Assembly: GCA_046754105.1 (NCBI GenBank)
Contig: JBHHVD010000066.1
Span: forward strand, 1-18,208
Reading direction: 5' to 3'
Source of the DNA: Candidatus Krumholzibacteriia bacterium
GTDB lineage: Bacteria > Krumholzibacteriota > Krumholzibacteriia > WVZY01
Length of the DNA stretch: 18,208 nt
Shown here: piece by piece, positions 15,196-18,208 of the stretch
Numbering within the stretch: the first letter of the stretch is position 1
How the letters are laid out: the number at the start of each line of letters is the position of its first letter
Program-made: the position numbers and the translations under genes
The notes under the pieces: model-generated
What the model was told of the DNA's origin: nothing
Databases searched by the model: none
What the model saw: only the letters and a program-made list of their open reading frames with translations

Positions 15196-16216
15196 CGGCG
15201 GTTTCTAGTGGCGGTTGTGCTCTTTGCGGCCGCTTGTTGCCGGCCCGGATGGGGATTGAGATCGTACTATTGCGAACACTCTTGAGGAGCGCCCTGGCGA
15301 CACCCATGAAATCGTTGTCGAACTGCGACGCCCGGAAAACACAGAAGACAGCACAGCCCTTCTCGCAGCCCTTACTCGCGCCCGCGTGCTGTCGCATGTC
15401 CTCGCGCGTGTACTCCACGACCGGCTTGTTGAGCCGTCCGCGCTGAGAGGCGCAGAACTGCGTCATGCCGAATTCATCGACGTAAATGTGGCGGCTTCCG
15501 GCGCGACACAACCAATCCTTGCGTTCGCCTTGCAGCAGCGATTTCCCGTATTCATATTCGATATGCGAGATGACCTTGGATTCCCGGTAATGGTGGTCCC
15601 ACAGGTCAACGTACGAGGGCCCCTTTACCGTTACCATGCCCCTGGCGTCGTGAAGGAGATTTACCGTGACGGGTATCTCGAGCCGGCGGAGCTCCGCCAC
15701 GATCTGCTTGAACTCCGGCCTTGATTCCTCGCACAAGACGATGTTGGCGTGCACGCTGAAATCGGCGAGTTGCAAGAGAAGCTCGAGTTTACCCTGCAGC
15801 GTTTTCATCGTCTTCTGGATATACATATCCCCTTTGGGCGTGAGCGCATCGATGCTGACCTGCATGTGCGACAGGCCCGAGCCGTTCAAACGTTTGATGA
15901 TCTCCCTGCCGACGAGGAAACCGTTCGTGGTCATGGATACCTGCGAGGCGCGGCTGGCCCGGGTCACAATCCTGTCGACGTCCTCGTGCATCAACGGCTC
16001 GCCGCCGAGCAGGGCGATCTGAACGACACCGAGACGGTGGAGCGCGTCGATGCGTTCACGCAGGGATTCGTACGGGACAGATTTGGATACGTTATCGTAC
16101 TCCGTGCAATAGCCGCAGCTGAGGTTGCAGCGCCGCGTGACGATGAGCTGCGCCTCGAGGAATCCTTTGCGGATGACCGCGTTCTTGAAGGCCCGAAACG
16201 GGGATCGGATACGCAT
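15176..16216 (-). CDS. Radical SAM protein with C-terminal Cys-rich (SPASM/twitch-like) region
   Basis: CNLSCGYC (CxxxCxxC), GGEPL, TTNG and VSID. C-terminal CRAG...FC...CEKGCAVFC. The likely start is ATG 16216 after GAGGT. Confidence 0.92.
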   Translation of the reverse strand: MRIRSPFRAFKNAVIRKGFLEAQLIVTRRCNLSCGYCTEYDNVSKSVPYESLRERIDALHRLGVVQIALLGGEPLMHEDVDRIVTRASRASQVSMTTNGFLVGREIIKRLNGSGLSHMQVSIDALTPKGDMYIQKTMKTLQGKLELLLQLADFSVHANIVLCEESRPEFKQIVAELRRLEIPVTVNLLHDARGMVTVKGPSYVDLWDHHYRESKVISHIEYEYGKSLLQGERKDWLCRAGSRHIYVDEFGMTQFCASQRGRLNKPVVEYTREDMRQHAGASKGCEKGCAVFCVFRASQFDNDFMGVARALLKSVRNSTISIPIRAGNKRPQRAQPPLETAGDTKRT

Positions 16217-16383
16217 CACAAGACCTCGCGACTGGGGTACGGTGTACAGGCTCAACGAGCCTAGGGGAAAGATCAAGAAAAGGGAAGAACTTTCCCGTCC
16301 AGCTCCCTAGTAGCGTCCACGGGCGTCATTCGAATGCAGTGCGCGGGTGCTGCGAGCCGGTCAGGGGAGCCGGGCCCGAGCCC

Positions 16384-17982
16384 TCACGGGTTGATCGACA
16401 ACTGCGTGGGGACCACCGATTCCTTGCCGTCGTCCAGGCGGTCGAAATAGCGCTTGCGACCCTCGATCACCCAGTCGATCAGATATTCCTTGTGGTAGAA
16501 GGACTGCGCCTTTCGCATGTACCCGGAGGCCTTGCCGTACTCCTTGCGGGCCGCGAAGACCTCGGCCATCCGGGTTCCCGCCAGCATCTGGTAGGTCTCC
16601 TCCCAGGCGGGCGCGTCTGCCTCGAGGACCCGCCGGTAATGGACGAGCGCCCCGTCGTGGTCGCCGGCGAGCAGGTGGCAGTCGCCGAGGTAGAACGAGG
16701 CCGCCAAAGAGGCGGGCGCCAGCTCATCGAAGCGCTCTGCCAGGACGGCCAGGGAGTCGGCGCCGGAACGGTAGACGGCCTCGATCCACCGCCCGTCCGG
16801 TTGTCTGATCGGATCCTCGAAGCGCGCTGCGAACTCTTCGAGGTCCTCCAGCATGCGGTTGGCCTGGCTGCGGTAGTAGTGGTGGGCCGGGTCCTGCACT
16901 ACGCTCTCGAGCAAGCTGCGTGCGTCGTCCTTGCGGCCGCGCCACGCATAGAGACTCCCGAGTTCATAACGCGCAAACCCCCGCACCCAATCCGGGTGGA
17001 GGGGACCCCTTCGAAGAATGTCCTCGAACCAGGTAATCGTATATGCTGGATCGCAGTACCGGGACCCCCAGGCGCGGGACGCCCTGACGACCTCGAGGCC
17101 GTTGGCGTCAGCCCCGCCGGGCGACAGGTCGGAGATCCTGCGGATGTTCGAGCCCACGAGCCGATCGAGGCCGGCCGCCTGGCGCGGCACGAACGCTCGC
17201 GCCACCGACAACGCGATGGAAGTGCGCGAATATTCGGGATAGCGCTGCACCATTTGGCGCAGGCCGGCGAGACCCTCCTCGTAGCGTCCTTCGAAATAGA
17301 AATAAACGTTGTAGAGCACCAACCGGTAGTCGGCATCCAGGGAATCGCCGTTGAGGGCCGCGTGACGAAGGCGATCGAGGCCCTCCAATCGGTCGCCGCT
17401 CGGGAGCCGCAACAACTTGGAGAAAAACTTGAACGCCTTCGGGATGGTGTCGGCGAAATAGAGGAACGCGCCCATGATACCGTTGGCCGTCGTATCGTCC
17501 GGATAGGCCGCCAGGTAGATCTTGAGGTCCTTCTTGCCCCGGCCTGCCTCTCGTCCCGCCGTCCAGAAGCTCCTCGACATCGAGCGGATGTATGACTTGG
17601 ACATCCACGCCCAGCCACGATAGAGGTAATACTTCGATTCGGCACCGCCGCTGTCGATGCGGGCGGTGCAGATTTCGATTGCGCGATCGAGCTCGCCGAG
17701 AGCCGGCTCGGCCATCTGCTTCGCGTATGCGGTATTGGCATCATCCATCGGGATGTATTCCTGGAGACAGCGGGCGCGCATGATGTGATAGAGGGGATAT
17801 CTGTCGTGATCCGAGCGCAACGAATCCAGGTACGCGATGGCGAGGTCGGCGCGGCCGTGGAGCACGCGCTCGATTACCGAGGCGGCCTGGCGGCGGGTGA
17901 GATCGCGTGAATCGCCCGCGTGAACTCGCCCGGGCACGAGCACCGATCCCACGATCAGGAATATCAGCCAGGTACGCTTCAT
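16384..17982 (-). CDS. Secreted tetratricopeptide-repeat protein
   Basis: AAGGAG RBS before ATG 17982. Signal peptide MKRTWLIFLIVGSVLVPGRVHA. TPR-like helices (ARYELGSLYAWRGRKDDARSLLE, ASFYLGDCHLLAGDHDGALVHY). Confidence 0.85.
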   Translation of the reverse strand: MKRTWLIFLIVGSVLVPGRVHAGDSRDLTRRQAASVIERVLHGRADLAIAYLDSLRSDHDRYPLYHIMRARCLQEYIPMDDANTAYAKQMAEPALGELDRAIEICTARIDSGGAESKYYLYRGWAWMSKSYIRSMSRSFWTAGREAGRGKKDLKIYLAAYPDDTTANGIMGAFLYFADTIPKAFKFFSKLLRLPSGDRLEGLDRLRHAALNGDSLDADYRLVLYNVYFYFEGRYEEGLAGLRQMVQRYPEYSRTSIALSVARAFVPRQAAGLDRLVGSNIRRISDLSPGGADANGLEVVRASRAWGSRYCDPAYTITWFEDILRRGPLHPDWVRGFARYELGSLYAWRGRKDDARSLLESVVQDPAHHYYRSQANRMLEDLEEFAARFEDPIRQPDGRWIEAVYRSGADSLAVLAERFDELAPASLAASFYLGDCHLLAGDHDGALVHYRRVLEADAPAWEETYQMLAGTRMAEVFAARKEYGKASGYMRKAQSFYHKEYLIDWVIEGRKRYFDRLDDGKESVVPTQLSINP

Positions 17983-18135
17983 CGTTGCAGCTCCTTGCCT
18001 CCGTGGCGCGGACCGAGTCGGCTCAAATGACACAAGAGACATATTTAACAGATAGCCCTTCCAGCGGCAAACGGGATTTGGCTATCATGCAAGAAATATT
18101 CCTCTTTTTCACACCCGAGAAAAGGGAGTTCTTCT

Positions 18136-18208
18136 ATGAGACAGCGCGCGCAGACGCTCAGGTTCGTAAGGACGAAAACCTCTTCACGCTACGCCGTCCT
18201 CGACGACG
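18136..18208 (+). CDS. 5' end of an unidentified gene running off the window
   Basis: AAAGGGAG RBS, then ATG 18136 with an open frame MRQRAQTLRFVRTKTSSRYAVLDD... to the window end. Confidence 0.45.
   Translation, partial: MRQRAQTLRFVRTKTSSRYAVLDD

Noticed and set aside
16339..17595. 418-aa antisense ORF over the TPR gene
   Set aside because: It is a shadow frame. The minus-strand gene has the RBS, signal peptide and TPR pattern.
1..18208. CRISPR arrays, tRNA/rRNA genes, transposases, integrases or phage genes
   Set aside because: No regularly spaced repeats, cloverleaf motifs or mobile-element protein signatures were seen.

Overview
GC-rich bacterial DNA, probably from an anaerobe or facultative anaerobe, with four blocks. 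(1) An OmpR-family response regulator and HAMP/HisKA sensor kinase (184-2325, +). The kinase has a non-canonical H-box and is followed by phased TTAA repeats and a structured, U-tailed non-coding element. (2) A four-gene 2-oxoacid (pyruvate/ketoisovalerate-type) oxidoreductase operon in gamma-delta-alpha-beta order (6874-2566, -). Its delta ferredoxin subunit carries an inserted GltD/NfnB-like flavoprotein, and a perfect FNR-consensus box lies upstream. (3) A YtrA-type GntR regulator with a likely operator. Its ABC transporter genes appear collapsed by a deletion that fuses an ATPase start to a permease end (7287-8360). (4) The most interesting block is a divergent lipid cluster (8357-16216). 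It encodes a serine-palmitoyltransferase-like alpha-oxoamine synthase, an acetoacetate-decarboxylase-fold protein lacking the catalytic Lys, a DAG/ceramide-kinase-family kinase, a PlsC-type acyltransferase, a Tam41-like nucleotidyltransferase, a CDP-alcohol phosphotransferase, a membrane protein, a DedA/VTT protein and a radical SAM enzyme. Together these suggest a variant phosphosphingolipid pathway with no recognisable bCerS or CerR in the window. A secreted TPR protein and the start of another gene close the window. All calls come from motif reading only; no database searches were run.
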